From NCBI RefSeq assembly GCF_009914755.1, contig NC_060929.1: 64,000 bases of DNA. One strand, given 5' to 3'. The notes below the pieces were generated by a model that searched no databases, was not told the DNA's origin, and was given only the letters and a program-made list of their open reading frames with translations. Position numbers and translations under genes: made by a program. The first letter of the stretch is position 1. Each line of letters begins with the position of its first letter. This DNA comes from the human T2T-CHM13v2.0 reference genome, Homo sapiens. Shown in pieces: positions 1 to 16,720 of the stretch.

Positions 1-186
1 GTCTATCAGTTAGATAGACAATGGAAAAATTAGTAATAGTTGCCTCAGTCTACAGTGAGACATCAGGTTATTTATTAACTCACTCACTAGAAACAAAAAT
101 CTACCATATATGGGATATTTACTGGTTTTAGTTTACTCCTTCATCCATTTGTTCAACCAATATTCATTGTGAATATGAATTGCTTG

Positions 187-189
<3 letters not shown>

Positions 190-242
<53 letters not shown>

Positions 243-352
243 GAAATGAGCTGCATGTGATGCTAGGGAGTGGGGAGGACTGTGGGGAGAATTGTGGCAA
301 AGTAGAGTCAGATGAGCATGGTGATATATATATATATATATTATATATATAT
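190..352. repeat. Compound microsatellite (CT)n(AT)n at 190-242 and (AT)n at 323-352
   Basis: Directly visible. Confidence 0.95.
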
Positions 353-1998
353 GAATTGCTATATATCGACATTATGCACTGGGTAAAATTTAATAATTTA
401 ATAGCAATTGTTACTGTGCATATAGAGTACTTATGATGGTCCCAGCAGGGTGCTAGGGCCTAGGGTTCTAAATATTCTTCACACCTGTGCTGGCAGCTCC
501 TGCCCAGGCAGCTCCAATCCTGATGTGGATTGGGTGGGAAAGGTGGGAACAGGATCATGAGAACAGAATCAAAAAGGAACTTAAATAAAAAGTACATGCG
601 TAAGCATTGAACCCAGAGATGGGAGCACTTAATTCTGAGTTCCAGCTCTGCCGCTAACCTACTGTGTTTGGTTACTACTTTGGGAAGCCCTTAGCTGCTT
701 TGATCCTGTTTCACTGCCAAAAAAGGGAGAAAATTCTAGTTTTGCCTATGTCCCAGGGAAGCTGTAAGACTCAAAAGAGGTAACAACATGATGAATCATG
801 GAATCATGAAGTGCTTCACAGATGTGAGCATCATCATCGTCATATCATTGTCTCATCATCATCATCATCCTCACTGCCACCTTTGGTTTGGCCTTCATGG
901 TGCTCATTTGTTAGAAAGCGCATCCTTCAAGAGGAAGAAGAATTGGGATGATAGGAAAAAGGCAAGCATGGGCTGGTTTAAGCAAGTAGAAGTGCCCCCT
1001 CCACCCAAGAACAAAAGGGTACCTTGAAGATGCCATTGGGAGATACAGACGAAGTCTCAGGCTAAGACAGAGAATGCCCTCTTGCCACACTTAAATTGTC
1101 TGCAGGTGGCCAGGAGAGCCAAAACCAACTGCCCAAGTGAGTCCAGCAGAGACAGTGCTCACATCTCTTTGTCTTATCCATTAGAGAGTCATGGCAAGGG
1201 GCTAGGAAGAAGCTGTAACCAACCAGGTCTTTGCATTTCAATGCTGACCTGAGAGAGGGTTGGGTTGAGAGAACAGGTGAACTGTTGGGGACTTCTGTGA
1301 CTTCAGTCTATTGAGTGAAGTCTATTGACCTAACTTCTGTTAGGGCAGTCTATTCACCTAAGGATGGGGGGGTGGGCACCCATTGTCCCTTTACTTCCAA
1401 GAGATAACCTTTATTTCTTGATAACTGTAATTTGTCAATTCTTAAGTAGTAATTTCTCCAAAAGATGTGGTCCCATTTCCCACCCTCTGCTCTTTTTTCC
1501 TTTGTCTCTCACTTCTTTCCCATGACAGCATCGATGTCTTGCCCCTATTTGAATCAGATATTGTGGGAAAGGTGAGACAAGTTTTCGGAGGAACCACTGT
1601 GCCTTAGCTGACAGCATTTACCCATCTGGACCTTGAAGCATAAATAGATGTTGCAAGCTCCCCTGAGACTTAAAAAATTGGGTTTATATTTTTTCTCGAA
1701 AACTATACAATTGCTATTATAAAAGGAAATTCCAAAATCCCACCAATGGAAAATAACCACACATTATAATTAGCCCTCCTCTGGGCATCTTTATTTGCTC
1801 TAAATGCACCGAATTTTACATAAAGAGAACCGCTATGCATGCTGGATCCTCAACTAATTTTCTGTATGAATAAATGTGCTACACACTTTCCATGTCCATA
1901 CATTTCCTCCATCACTTGTAATGACTGTATCATATTCTACTGTATGTTTGTTTCATGTGTTAACCTTTCTCTTAATGTTTCCAAGTTTTCGATATTAT

Positions 1999-2813
1999 TG
2001 AAACTGCCTTTGCAAAATTATAACTGAGGAAATTAAGACAGCGAAAGAAATCAGACCTAACCAACTCCATCTTGCTTCTAACCTTTAAGATGTCCTTGTT
2101 TATTCCTGGACATAGGCTGAGCTAACTTTGGGAAGGAATTCATTTCATGGTTTGACTATTGGTATCACCCCTTTCCCAAAAAGACCCCCTTTTTGCCTGG
2201 GGACCATTCTGCCTTTGCAGGACTAACAAATTAGCTATAAGATTGGAAATTACAGTTTAGGGGTCATGCAGCCTCTGGCTCCAGGAGTCTAAACCTCCCC
2301 ACATTGTTCCTGGGGATAACATCACATTGTAAAACCTAAGATCAGTGCTTGAGTTATTTTGCAGACCCTGCACTCTGATGGACCATCTGAAACCACCCAG
2401 ACCGGTCATCTGGCTCAACCAGTTCTGCCATCCCTCCCAAGAACAGAAAACAGCAAGAAAAACTCACTTCGAGCCCCTGTGATTCCATCTCCAACCTGAT
2501 CAATCAGCACTCCCCACTTCCCAAGCTCCTACCCACCAAATTATCTTTAAAAACTCTAATTCCCGAATGCTCAGGGAGACCGATTTGAGTGATAATAAAA
2601 CTCCGGTCTCGAGCTTGCAGTGAGCTGAGATCGCGCCACTGCACTCCAGCCTGGGCGATAGAGCAAGACTCCGTCTAAAAAAAAAAAAAAAAACCTCCGG
2701 TCTCTTGCACAGCAGATTCTGCATGAATTACTCTTTCTCCATTGCAATTCCCCTGTCTTGATAAATCGTCTCTGTCTAGGCAGTGGGCAAGGTGAACCCA
2801 TTGAGTGGTTACA
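1999..2813 (+). mobile_element. Solo ERV1 LTR, LTR8-like
   Basis: Starts TGAAACTGCCTTTGCAAAATTATAACTGAGG, ends GGTTACA; 4-bp TSD TTAT on both sides; AATAAA at ~2594. Confidence 0.85.
2611..2692 (+). mobile_element. Heavily 5'-truncated AluY inserted in the LTR8
   Basis: GAGCTTGCAGTGAGC...A-tail; TSD AAAACTCCGGTCTC / AAACCTCCGGTCTC. Confidence 0.9.
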
Positions 2814-3347
2814 TTATAACAAGTGCTTTGATAAAAATTATGCACTCTTGTGCTATTATTTCATCAGAAAAAATTCCTAGAGGGGTATTATTAATCAAAG
2901 GGTATATTTATTTATATTTCATTATACTTTAAAGAACTAGATTGTAATACTTACAGTACAAAATTCAAAAGATAAAACGCAATAATCCAAATCCTTATGA
3001 AACAAATATAAATCTCTTTTCTCTCAGCCTCCAAATTCTCTTCCCCAGAGGCAACCACTGCTGTCAGTTTTGTGTGTGTGCACGAGTTGTATACTTTCAG
3101 ACAGCATTTGCCAAATAAATATTTGTATGTTTTATACAAATGACATTTTACGATTTGACCTGTAACATTGCCATCTAGAAAGATACCAATTTAATTCTTC
3201 CCAAAAGATGAGAGAGGGCATTTCCTGATATCCTTATCAACACTGGGGATTGTCATTGATAATCTCTTTGTGCCCACAGTTGTTACCGATCTGATGATTA
3301 CCAGATAGCAGTGTGATTGACAGTAAGTCCTAGAAGAAGAGTTCTGT

Positions 3348-3712
3348 TGAAATCATGTCCTTTGCAGGGACATGGATGGAGCCGGAAGCCAGTATACTCC
3401 GCAAACTAACAAAGGAACAGAAAACCAAACACTGCATGTTCTCACTTGTAAGTGGGAGCTGAACAATGAGAACACATGGACACAGGGAGGAGAACAAGAC
3501 AAACACTGGGGCTGGTTGGGGGTGGGGGGCAGGGGATGGGAGAGCATCAGGATAAATAGCTAAGGTATATGGGGCTTAATACCTAGGTGATGGGTTGATA
3601 GGTACAGCAAAACCACTATGACACACGTTTACCTATGTAACAAACCCGCATGTCCTGTACATGTATCCTGGAACTTAAAATTAAATTAAATTAAATTTAA
3701 TTAAAAAAAAAG
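3348..3712 (+). mobile_element. L1PA 3' end fragment
   Basis: GAAATCATGTCCTTTGCAGGGACATGG...GGAACTTAAA plus A-rich tail; flanking AGAAGAGTTC duplication. Confidence 0.88.
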
Positions 3713-4168
3713 AGAGAAGAGTTCCATGTGTCTGAGTTTGGGGCAGTAAAGGTGGAGACATGGGGTTAGCACCTTTTGTTTTCTGGATGGATGGCATGGG
3801 GGGTTGGGGAGAAGAGGCAGAGAGAATAATGGCAGATGTGTGAGGAGAAGGCAGCCAGAGACTGTGGAAGAAAGAAAGGGAGGAAGGAAAGGGCAGACAG
3901 CCTGAGATAGGAAACTGTTCCTGGAGACAAGCTGCTCATGTTGAGGGTGGCTGCTCTAGCTGGGTTCTTCGTAAAAACTGGGAAACAGGGCTAGTAGCCA
4001 GAGCCACAGGGATTGACCTCCTTAGATTCTGAAGGTTTCATCTTTTATCCACGCATATCGTGTTAATGGAATAAGCGTGTTAAGGAGATAGATGAAGGAA
4101 GACATAGTCCAGAGTTGCAAAAACAGCAGTGCTTGACCTCAGGCCTGGAAGGGCGGTGCGGCCACTTA

Positions 4169-4405
<237 letters not shown>

Positions 4406-4959
4406 CTAACCCCAAGGATGCGTGCTGCTGGCTGAAACCTGAAGTGCATGAATCAGGGAAGCGGTGGTGGCAGGAGAGGCTGATGTTGATGATGCCTCAC
4501 CTGGCTCTTGGGGGACTTATGAAAGACCCATCTCAGTCAGGATGGTCCTCAGTTTCACTCGCAATTGCTTGCCCAACCAGGACTTGCCTGGGCTTTTGGC
4601 CTCTCCTAGTTTAGCCCTTGCTGCTGTAGGGCAAAGTGAACAGTGTGACTGGGAGGAAGAAGACACCATTGGATTGGAGGTCCTGGTGCCTGGACGTGGG
4701 GCCAGGCTCAGTGCTTGTCTGTCTTTGGCAAGGAAAAAACCAGAGCTACCTCACAATGGAGGCTGCCCAGCCAATGAGCTGCAGCAGAATCCTGGGATGC
4801 AGATGTGGCCCAACAGAACATAATCCAGCTACCATGTTCCCTGTGTGGGGTGAAGAGTGGCTTGTAAGGCCCAGTTCAAATGCCACCTGCTCAGAATTTC
4901 TATACAGGAGGCGTATGGCCTGCCAGTGATTTGGAAGGGAGTGCAGGTCATGTTTAAAA

Positions 4960-6420
<1,461 letters not shown>

Positions 6421-6677
6421 CCTGAAGCTGCTTTTGCAGAGCAAGCACCAGCACTGGACTTTGATTGCACGTTTGTTTGGGATGACTGCACAGATTGCTT
6501 ATGAAGCTCATGGGGGCCAAGGTACTCCCCACACCACCTCTTTGTGCTGCTGTAAAATCAGCACTGGGAGCTTCTCTCTTCCTCTGAATATCAGATGAAA
6601 TATCTCTCTCTTCTGATGCCCAAAAGACTTTTTCTCAAGTTGAAAATAATTTCCCCTCCCCTGTTGCACTTATGCAT

Positions 6678-7216
<539 letters not shown>

Positions 7217-9948
7217 ATTTATTCGTTGTTTTAATACTTACCTAACCCATGCCTATTCTATATAAGGTGCTGCAGATTTAACAATAAATAGGATGGACCA
7301 TGGTTCCATTTTCAAGGAGTGTGTCTTTCCCTTAGTAGGAAGACAAACAGTAAACAAGTAAACAAGACAGTGATCAATTATAATAAACGTTATGCTTGTT
7401 TTAAAACAAGGCAAAGCCAAACTCACAACTACAAAACAGAGACCGTGGAAATCACCATCACCCAGAGCAAGCACACAAAAGGATGTTGGCTTGTAATTTC
7501 CTTTTCTTTTCTTTTCTTTTTTTTTTAAATGTATCTTTGTTTGGTTTTGGTATCGGGGTAATACTGAACTTCTATAATAGTCAATGAGTTTGGAAGTAGT
7601 CCCTCCTCTTCTGTTTTTTGGAATAGTTTGAGTAGGATTGGTATTAGTTCTTCTTTAAATGTTTAGTAGAATTCAGCAGTTAAGCCATAGGGTCCAAGGC
7701 TTTCCTTTACCTGGAGACTTTTTATTATTGCTTTGATCTCATTACTTGTTATTGGTCTCTTCAGGTTTTGGATTTCTTCCTGGTTCAATCTTGGTAGATT
7801 GTATGTGTCTAGGAATTTGTCCATTTCTTGTAGATTTTCCAATTTATTGGCATATAGTTGCTCATAGCAGCCATTAATGATCCTTTGTATTTCTGCAGTA
7901 TCAGTTGTAATGCCTCTTTTTTCATTTCTGATTTTATTTACTTGGATCTTCTCTCTATTTTCTTAGTCTGACTATTGGTTTGTCAATTTCGTTTAACTTT
8001 TCAAAAAAACCAACATTTTGTTTTATCAATCTTTTATATTGTTTTTTCATTTCAATTTCATTTATTTCTGCTCTGATCTTTATTATTTCTTTTTTTCTAC
8101 TAATTTTGGGTTTGGTTTACTCTTGCTTTTCTAGTTCTTTAAGCTGCATTTTGTTTGTTTGTTTTTTGAAATGGAGTCTTGCTCTGTTGCCCTGGCTGGA
8201 GTGCAGTGGCACAATCTTGGCTCACTGCAACCTCCACCTCCTGGGTTCAAGTGATCTCGTGCCTCAGCTTCCCGAGTAACTGGGATTACAGGCACCCACC
8301 ACCATACCCAGCTAATTTTTTTGTATTTTTACTAGAGATGGGGTTTCACCATGTTGGCCAGGCTGGTTTTGAACCCCTGACCTCAAGTGATCCACCCACC
8401 TTGGCCTCCCAAAGTGCTGGGATTACAGACGTGAGCCACCGTTCCCAGCTGGATGCATCATTAGATTGTTTATTTGAAGTTTCCCCTATTTTGATGTAGG
8501 CACTTATAGCTATAAACTTCCCTTTTAGTACTGCTTTTGCTGTATCCCATAGATTGTGGTATGTTGTGTTACCATATCATTTGTCTCAAGGATTTTTAAA
8601 TTTTCTTCTTAATTTCTTCACTGACCCACTGGTCATTAAGGAGCATACTGTTCAAGTTCCATGTGTTTGTATAGTTTCCAAACTTCCTCTTGTTGTTGAT
8701 TTCAAGTTTTATTCCATTGTGGTCAGAGAGGCTGCTTGGTATTATTTCAGTTTTTTGTAATGTTTTAAGACTTGTTTTGTGACCTAACATATGGTCTATC
8801 CTTGAAAATGATCCATGTGCTGAGGAAAAGGATGTGTATTCTTAAGCCACTGGATGACATATTCCATAAATATCTGTTAGATCTACTTGGTCTATAGCAC
8901 AGATTAAGTCCTATGTTTCTTTGTTAATTTTCTGTCTGGAAGATCTGTCCAATGCAGAAAGTTGGGTGTTGAAGTCTCTAACTATTGGTATCTATTTCTC
9001 TCTTTAGCTCTAATAATATTGGCTTTATATCTGGGTGCTCCAGTGTTTGCTGCACATATAATTGCAACTGTTATATCCTCTTGCTGAATTGACTTTTTGA
9101 TCATTATATAGTGACCTCCTTTGTCTCTTCTTATAGTTTTTGTGTTAAAATCTATTTTGTCTGATATAAGTATAGCTACTCCTGCTTTTTTTTGATTTCC
9201 ATTGGCACGGAATATATTTTTTCATCCCTTTATTTTCAGCCTATGTATGCTTTTATAGGTGAAGTCATTTTCTTATAGGCAACGGATCAGTGGGTCTTGT
9301 TTTTTATTCATTCAGCCAGTTTATGTCTTTTGATTGGAGAGTTTAGTCCGTTTACATTCAATGTTATTATTGATAAGTAAGGATTTACTCTTGCCATTTT
9401 GTTACTTGTTTTCTGGTTGTGGTTTTCTCTTCCTTCTTTTTTTTTCTTGTCTTCCTTTAGTGAAAGTGATTTTTATCTTTTGATATGCTTTAGTTTCTTG
9501 CTTTTGTGTGTGTGTGTGTGTGTCCATTGTATGTTTTTTGGTTTGAGGTTACCATGAGGCTTGCAAATACTATCTTATAACCCATTATTTTAACCTGATA
9601 ACAGATGAACACTGCATAAACAAACAAATGAACAAAAACAAAGAAAGAAAACTGACAAAAACTCTATGCCTTAACTTCATCACCCTGCTTTTTAATTTTT
9701 CATTGTTTCTGTTTATATTTTATTGTACTAAGTCTTGAAAAGTTGTTATTATTTTTGATTGGTTCATTGTTTAGTCTTTCTATTTAGGATAAAAGTAGGT
9801 CACACACCACAGTTACAGAGTTACAATAGTTTGTGTTTTTCTGTGTATTTACTATTACCAGTGAGTTCTGTACCTTCAGGTGATTACTTATTGCTCATTA
9901 ATGTCCTTTTCTTTCTGATTGAGGTACTCTCTTTAGCATTTCTGGCAG

Positions 9949-11482
9949 TGAGAGGTGACAGCGTGCTGGCAGTCCTCACAGCCCTAGCTCGCTCTGGGCA
10001 CCTCCTCTGCCTGGGCTCCCACTTTGGCGGCACTTCAGGAGCCCTTCAGCCCACCGCTGCACTGTGGGAGCCCCTTTCTGGGCTGGCCAAGGCCAGAGCC
10101 GGCTCCCTCAGCTTGCAGGGAGGTGTGGAGGGAGAGGCGCGAGCGGGAACCGGGGCTGCGCGCGGCGATTGCGGGCCAGCTGGAGTTCCGGGTGGGCGTG
10201 GGCTCGGGCTTGGCGGCCCCGCACTCGGAGCAGCCGGCCGGCCCTGCTGGCCCCAGGCAATGAGGGGCTTAGCACCCGGGCCAGCGGCTGCGGAGGGTGT
10301 ACTGGGTCCCCCAGCAGTGCCAGCCCACCGGCGCTGCGCTCCATTTCTCACCGGGCCTTAGCTGCCTTCCCGCGGCGCAGGGTTCGGGACCTGCAGCCTG
10401 CCATGCCTGAGCCTCCCACCCGCTTCATGGGCTCCTGTGCGGCCAGAGCCTCCCCGATGAGCGCTGCCCCCTGCTCCACGGCGCCCAGTCCCATCGACCA
10501 CCCAAGGGCTGAGGAGTGCGGGCCCACGGCGCAGGACTGGCAGGTAGCTCCACCTGCAGCCCCGGTGTGGGATCCACTGGGTGAAGCCAGCTGGGCTCCT
10601 GAGTCTGGTGGGGACGTGGAGAACTTTTATGTCTAGCTCAGGGACTGTAAATACACCAATCGGCACTCTGTATCTAGCTCAAGGTTTGTAAACACACCAA
10701 TCAGCACCCTGTGTCTAGCTCAGGGTTTGTGAGTGCACCAATCGACACTCTGTATCTAGTTACTCTGGTGGGGCCTTGGAGAGCCTTTGTGTGGACACTC
10801 TGTATCTAGCTAATCTGGTGGGGAGGTGGAGAACCTTTGTGTCTAGCTCAGGGATTGTAAACGCACCAATCAGCACCCTGTCAAAACAGACCACTCGGCT
10901 CTACCAATCAACAGGATGTGGGTGGGGCCAGATAAGATAATAAAAGCAGGCTGCCAGAGACAGCAGCAGCAATCGGCTCCGGTCCGCTTTTGCGCTGTGG
11001 TAGCCTTGTTCTTTCGCTCTTTGCACTAACTCTTGCTACTGCTCACTTTTTGGGTCCACACTGCCTTTATGAGCTGTAACACTCTCTGCGAAGGTCTGCA
11101 GCTTCATTTCTGAAGCCAGCGAGACCGCGAGCCCACCGGGAGGAACGAACAACTCCAGACGCGCTGCCTTAAGAGCTGTTAACACTCACAGCGAAGGTCT
11201 GCAGCTTCACTCCTGAGCCAGCGAGACCACGGGCCCACCGGGAGGAAGGAACAACTCCAGCCGCGCTGCCTTAAGAGCTGTAACACTCACCGGGAAGGTC
11301 TGCAGCTTCACTCCTGAGCCGGCAAGACCACGAACCCACCAGAAGAAACTCCGAACACATCTGAACATCAGAAGGAACAAACTCCAGACACGCCGCCTTC
11401 AAGAACTGCAACACTCACCGCGAGGGTCCGCGGCTTCATTCTTAAAGTCAGTGAGACCAAGAACCCACCAATTCCGGACACA
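9949..11482 (+). mobile_element. Full-length solo ERV9 LTR (LTR12C-like)
   Basis: Starts TGAGAGGTGACAGCGTGCTGGCAGTCC, ends CCAATTCCGGACACA; TSD GCAG/GTAG; CpG-rich 5' part; tandem U3 repeats with CCAAT; tandem U5 repeats GAAGGTCTGCAGCTTCA. Confidence 0.95.
10656..10945 (+). promoter_or_regulatory. LTR12 U3 enhancer/promoter: five CCAAT (NF-Y) boxes, double GATA and the AATAAAA TATA element
   Basis: CCAAT at 10656, 10697, 10738, 10866 and 10904; AGATAAGATAA at 10930-10940; AATAAAA at 10939-10945. Confidence 0.75.
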
Positions 11483-14400
11483 GTAGGACAGGTCTGGTGT
11501 TGATAAAATCCTTCAATTTTTGTTTGTCTGGGAAAGTCTTTATTTCTTGTTCATGTTTGAAGTATATTTTCACCAGATATACTATTGTAGGGTAAAAGTG
11601 TTTTCCTTCAGCACTTTAAATATGTCATGCCACTCTCTCCTTGCCTATAAGGTTTCCACTGAAAAGTCTTGCTGCCAGACATATTGGAGCTCCATGGTGT
11701 TTTTGTTTGTTTTTCTCTCTTGCTGCTTTTAGGATCCTTTATACTTGATCTTTGAGAGTTTGATTATTAAATGCCTTAAGGTAGTCTTGTTTAGGTTAAA
11801 TCTGCGTGGTGTTCTATAAACTTCTTGTACTTGGATATTGATAACTTTCTCTAGGTTTAGGAAGTTCTCTGTTATCCTTTTGAATGACATTTCTACCCCT
11901 ATCTCTTTCTCTACTTCCTCTTTTAAGGCCAATAACTTAGATTTACCTTTTTGAGGCTATTTTCTAGATCCTGTAGGTGTGCTTCATTATTTTTTATCCC
12001 TTTTTTTTTTGGTGGTCTCTGACTATTTTCAAACAGCCTATCTTTAAGCTAACTAATTCTTCTGGTTGATTGATTCTATTGTTAAAAGACTCTGATGCAT
12101 TCTTCAGTATGGCAATTGAATTTTTCAGCTCCAGAATTTCTGATTCTTTTTCATGATTTCAATATCTGTTAAATTTATCTGATGAATTCCTTCTCTATGT
12201 TATCTTGAATTTCTATGAATTTCCTCAAAACAACTATTTTCAATCCTCTGACTGAAAGTTCACATATCTCTGTATCTCCAGGATTGGTCCCTGGTGCCTT
12301 ATTTAGTTCATTTGGTGAGGTCGTGTTTTCACGGATGGTGTTGATGCTAGTAAATGCTCTTCAGTTTCTGGGCATTGAAGAGTTAAGTATTTTTTGCAGT
12401 CTTCACTGTCTGGACTTGTTTGTATCCATCATTCTTGGGGAGGTTTTCCAGATATTTGAAAGGGCTTGGGTGTTGTGATCTAAGTTGTATCTGCTTCAGG
12501 GCACAACCCAAGCCCAGCAACACTGTGGTTGTTGCAGACTGACAGAGGTACCACCTTAATCATCTTGGACAAGATCTGGGAGAATTCTCTGGATTACCAG
12601 ATAGAGACTCTTGTTCTCTTCCCTTACTTTCTCCCAAACAGAGTCTCTCTCTTTGTTCTGAGCCACATGAAGCTGGGGGTGGAGTGATACAAGCACCCTT
12701 GTGACCACCATCACTATGACTGCACTGGGTCAGACCTGAAGCCAGCATAGCACTGGGTCTTGCTAGAGGCCTCCTGTAACCACTGCCTGGCTACTGCGTG
12801 TGTTTGCTCAAGGCTCTGGGGCTCTATAATCAGTAGGTGGCAAGCCATTCAGGTCTGTATTTTCCCCTTTAATGTGGAGAGTTCCCCCAGGCTGTATGCA
12901 GGTCCAGAGGTGCCATCTGTCTTGACAGCCAGGGACTAGAATCAAAAACCTAAGAAGTCTACCTGGTGCCGTATTGTACTGTGGCTGAGCTGGCACTCGA
13001 ACCACAAGACACAGTCCTTTTCACTCTTCCCTCCCCTTTCCAAAGGTAGGGCAGCCTCACCCTATGGCCACTGCCACCTCAGGCCCACAGGGAGTAATGC
13101 TAGACTACTGCCAATGTTCCCTTAAGTCCTGAGGGCTCTTCAGTCAGCTTTTGGTGCATGCTGCCTGGCCTGGGACTCACCCTTCAAGGCAGTGGGCTAC
13201 CCTCTGGCCCAGGACAGGTCCAGAAATGCCATCCAAGAGCCAAGTCCTGGAATTGGGGACCCCAAGAGCCTACTTGGTGCTCTACCCCTGTGGCTGAGCT
13301 GGTAACTAAAGTCAGCAGGTCTCAGAGTCTCACCCAAGGCCCTTGATGTAGTATCTGGGTATCACTGGTGTTTATTCAGGGCCCAAGGGCTCTTCAGTGA
13401 GCAGGTGATGAATGCTGCCAGGACTGGGTCCTTTCCTTCAAGACAGTGGGTTCCCTTCTGGCCCAGGGTATGTCTAGAAATGCCCAGAAGCTAAGGTCTG
13501 GAAAGGCAGCATCATGACTCTGACCCATGCCCTATTCTTCTGTGGCTGAGTTGGTATCTAAGATGTAAGATAAAGTCCTCCCCACTATTCCTTCTCCTCA
13601 CCTCAAGCAAAAGGAAGGGGTCTATTCTGGAGCCACAAGCTGTGCTTCTTGGGGTTAGGAAAGGGGTGATGCCAAGCACTCCCTTAGTCACCCCAACTGG
13701 TGTCTCAGTATGTCTCCTGCTCCCCCAGTCCACTGTCTCTGGGTCCAATTCAGTACTAGGAGTCTCCTAGGAGTTGTAGTCCTTGTGGCCTAGACTGCCT
13801 TTCAAGTTTATTTAAAGCCCCAGAGCACTTTAGCCCATGGTGGTGAGGCCTGTGGGAACTAGAGTTCTGACCTCTGGGATCAGTGATTCCCCTCTGGCTA
13901 GGGCTGGTTTAAATGCTCCCTCTGTGGGCGGGTGTCAGCTGAGTTTGGTCTGGTTTTCCTTTCTGCTGTAACAAGGGCAGCACCTAGTCAATGCATCACA
14001 ATTACTGGGTTCTCCCTTCCCCAGAGCCCAGAGATACTCTGGGCACCATGGGCCCCTGCTGGGGGTGGGGGAGGGGTGGCGCTGCGCAGTTGATTCAAGA
14101 CTGTTTTTTCTTTTACCTCTTTAGTGCCTCTTTCAGCCATACGAAGTTAAAACCAGGTACTGTGAGTGCCCACGTTTTTTGGTTCTTATGAAGGTGCTTT
14201 TTTTGTGTACATAATTGTTAAATTGGTGTCCTTGCAGCAGGGGTTGGGGGACAGGACAGATCAGTGGAGCTTTCTACCATCTTGCTCTACCTCCTCCCTA
14301 TTTTACATTTTGATAACCACCATTCAGTGGCCTCCCTTGGGCCCTACAATGCAGTGAGGAGCTTTGATGCACAAATGTTTGCATCCTGGATCCATCCTTC

Positions 14401-15883
14401 ACTACGTGTTTGATCTTTAACAAGTTATTTAATGTCTCTGAGTCTGTTTCCTTATCTGAAAATGGAGACAATGACAGTGTAAACATCACAGGTCATTGTA
14501 AGGATTAAATGAGATGATCTCATGTAAAATCCTTAGTAAGCACTCAATGAAGGAAAGGAGGAAGGGTTTTCTATGTTCCTTGACTCACTAGCAAGTTCCA
14601 GAAGTTAAATAAATAGTAAGTTAAATGGGGGGAAGAAAGTCGTGTGTGTGCGTATGTGTGTATTAAAAAAATCAGTTCCAAACCACTTAAGAAATTTTAA
14701 TATCACCACCACTCAGACATAAAGCTAACATGTAGTAGTCTTTAGTGTTGCCAATGATTACTAACGAGTCTCCCTAGCTTAGTTTTGTTGGTTATATCAA
14801 TGTTGCTAAATTTAGTTTTTCTTTCCAAGATTTAACTTCAGCCAGATTGGTCTGAGTAATAAAATTAACCCTATCCTCTTACACAGTAGGGGCTTATCTT
14901 TAGAGAATGAGTGTAAACTTTTCTTAATAACAGAGAAGATAACTTTAAACTTCAAGGATGGGTGGGGTGATTGATAGTGGAGCAGGGTGGGAGAGAAATG
15001 TTTCCAGAGAGGATGATCACATTGCCAACACTCAGGATGGATCATTGGAAGTCCTTTGGGTTTGCTGATGAAACAGAGAGCTCAGGGTGGAAATGACAAC
15101 CCATTCTCTGGCAAAGTGGACTGTGGACCCCTGCACGAGCTATGAGTGTCCTGTTGCCCAACAGGGACTCTGTAGGCTATGGGATCTGGGTGTGGACCAC
15201 CAGCCTTTCCTCCATCTGAGTGGACTTGTGCTGGTGAAGTATCTTCTGGAAGTCCAGCAGATAGAAAGTAACATACAGAAAGAGCAGACCGGGACGTGGG
15301 AACTGGGGGGCCCAGGGAAGACGAAGGATGAAAATAAGCAGGACAGGGCTTTTTCAAATGTTCTCTTAACACCGAGGCTGAAACAGGCATAGCTCATTCC
15401 CGTAAACCACGGAGAGTTTGATGAGAAACTCTCCTCTCCCCACCTTTTGGGACTATAGATCTTCAACATCTATTTAGTTATCTAGGTGCGTTTTCTCAAT
15501 TTTAGTAATTCTGAGGGGAGGGGAGAGAGCAGTCACCACCAGAAAGATGGAGGTGATGTCTCAGGTTGCCTTGCCTCTGGCTGCCAGCCAAGATCAGACA
15601 CAAGCATAGGTGCTGTAATGTCCAGGCAGCAGGACAGAATGGAAGAAGGTTCAGGCTCAGTCGTAGAAGATTCAGGTTCTACTCAAAGCCCAGCTCAAAT
15701 GATACCACCTGTGGAAAGTCTTCTTTGGTGCTCTAGAGCAGGTAGTGTCCTTTGCCCTTAGATGGACATTAGATGGTATTTACTTAGTTGATTACCTGTT
15801 AACTCTTCCCCAATGGACAGTAGACTGGCTGCTTGAGAGCAGGGATTCTTTTCTCATTAATCAGTGTATCCTCTTTAGAATGA

Positions 15884-16720
<837 letters not shown>

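Larger units (their letters stand above)
7490..14290 (-). mobile_element. Old L1 (L1PB/L1M type) 5' half: 5' UTR, ORF1 and ORF2 endonuclease remnants; interrupted by an AluS (8148-8450) and the LTR12
   Basis: ORF 8596-8790 LGHKTSL...SDHNGIKLEINNKR is L1 ORF2 endonuclease; ORF 11729-11932 ENFLNL...IQVQEVYRTP...RHLIIKL is L1 ORF1. Confidence 0.88.

Noticed and set aside
9759-10666. Long overlapping GC-rich ORFs (100-200 aa) on both strands, resembling a CpG-island gene
   Set aside because: They lie within the LTR12 5' region; GC-rich, stop-poor repeat sequence with no splice structure
10630-11460. Regularly spaced ~40- and ~110-bp repeats superficially like a CRISPR array
   Set aside because: Standard U3/U5 tandem repeats of ERV9 LTRs; no unique spacers, and the DNA is human
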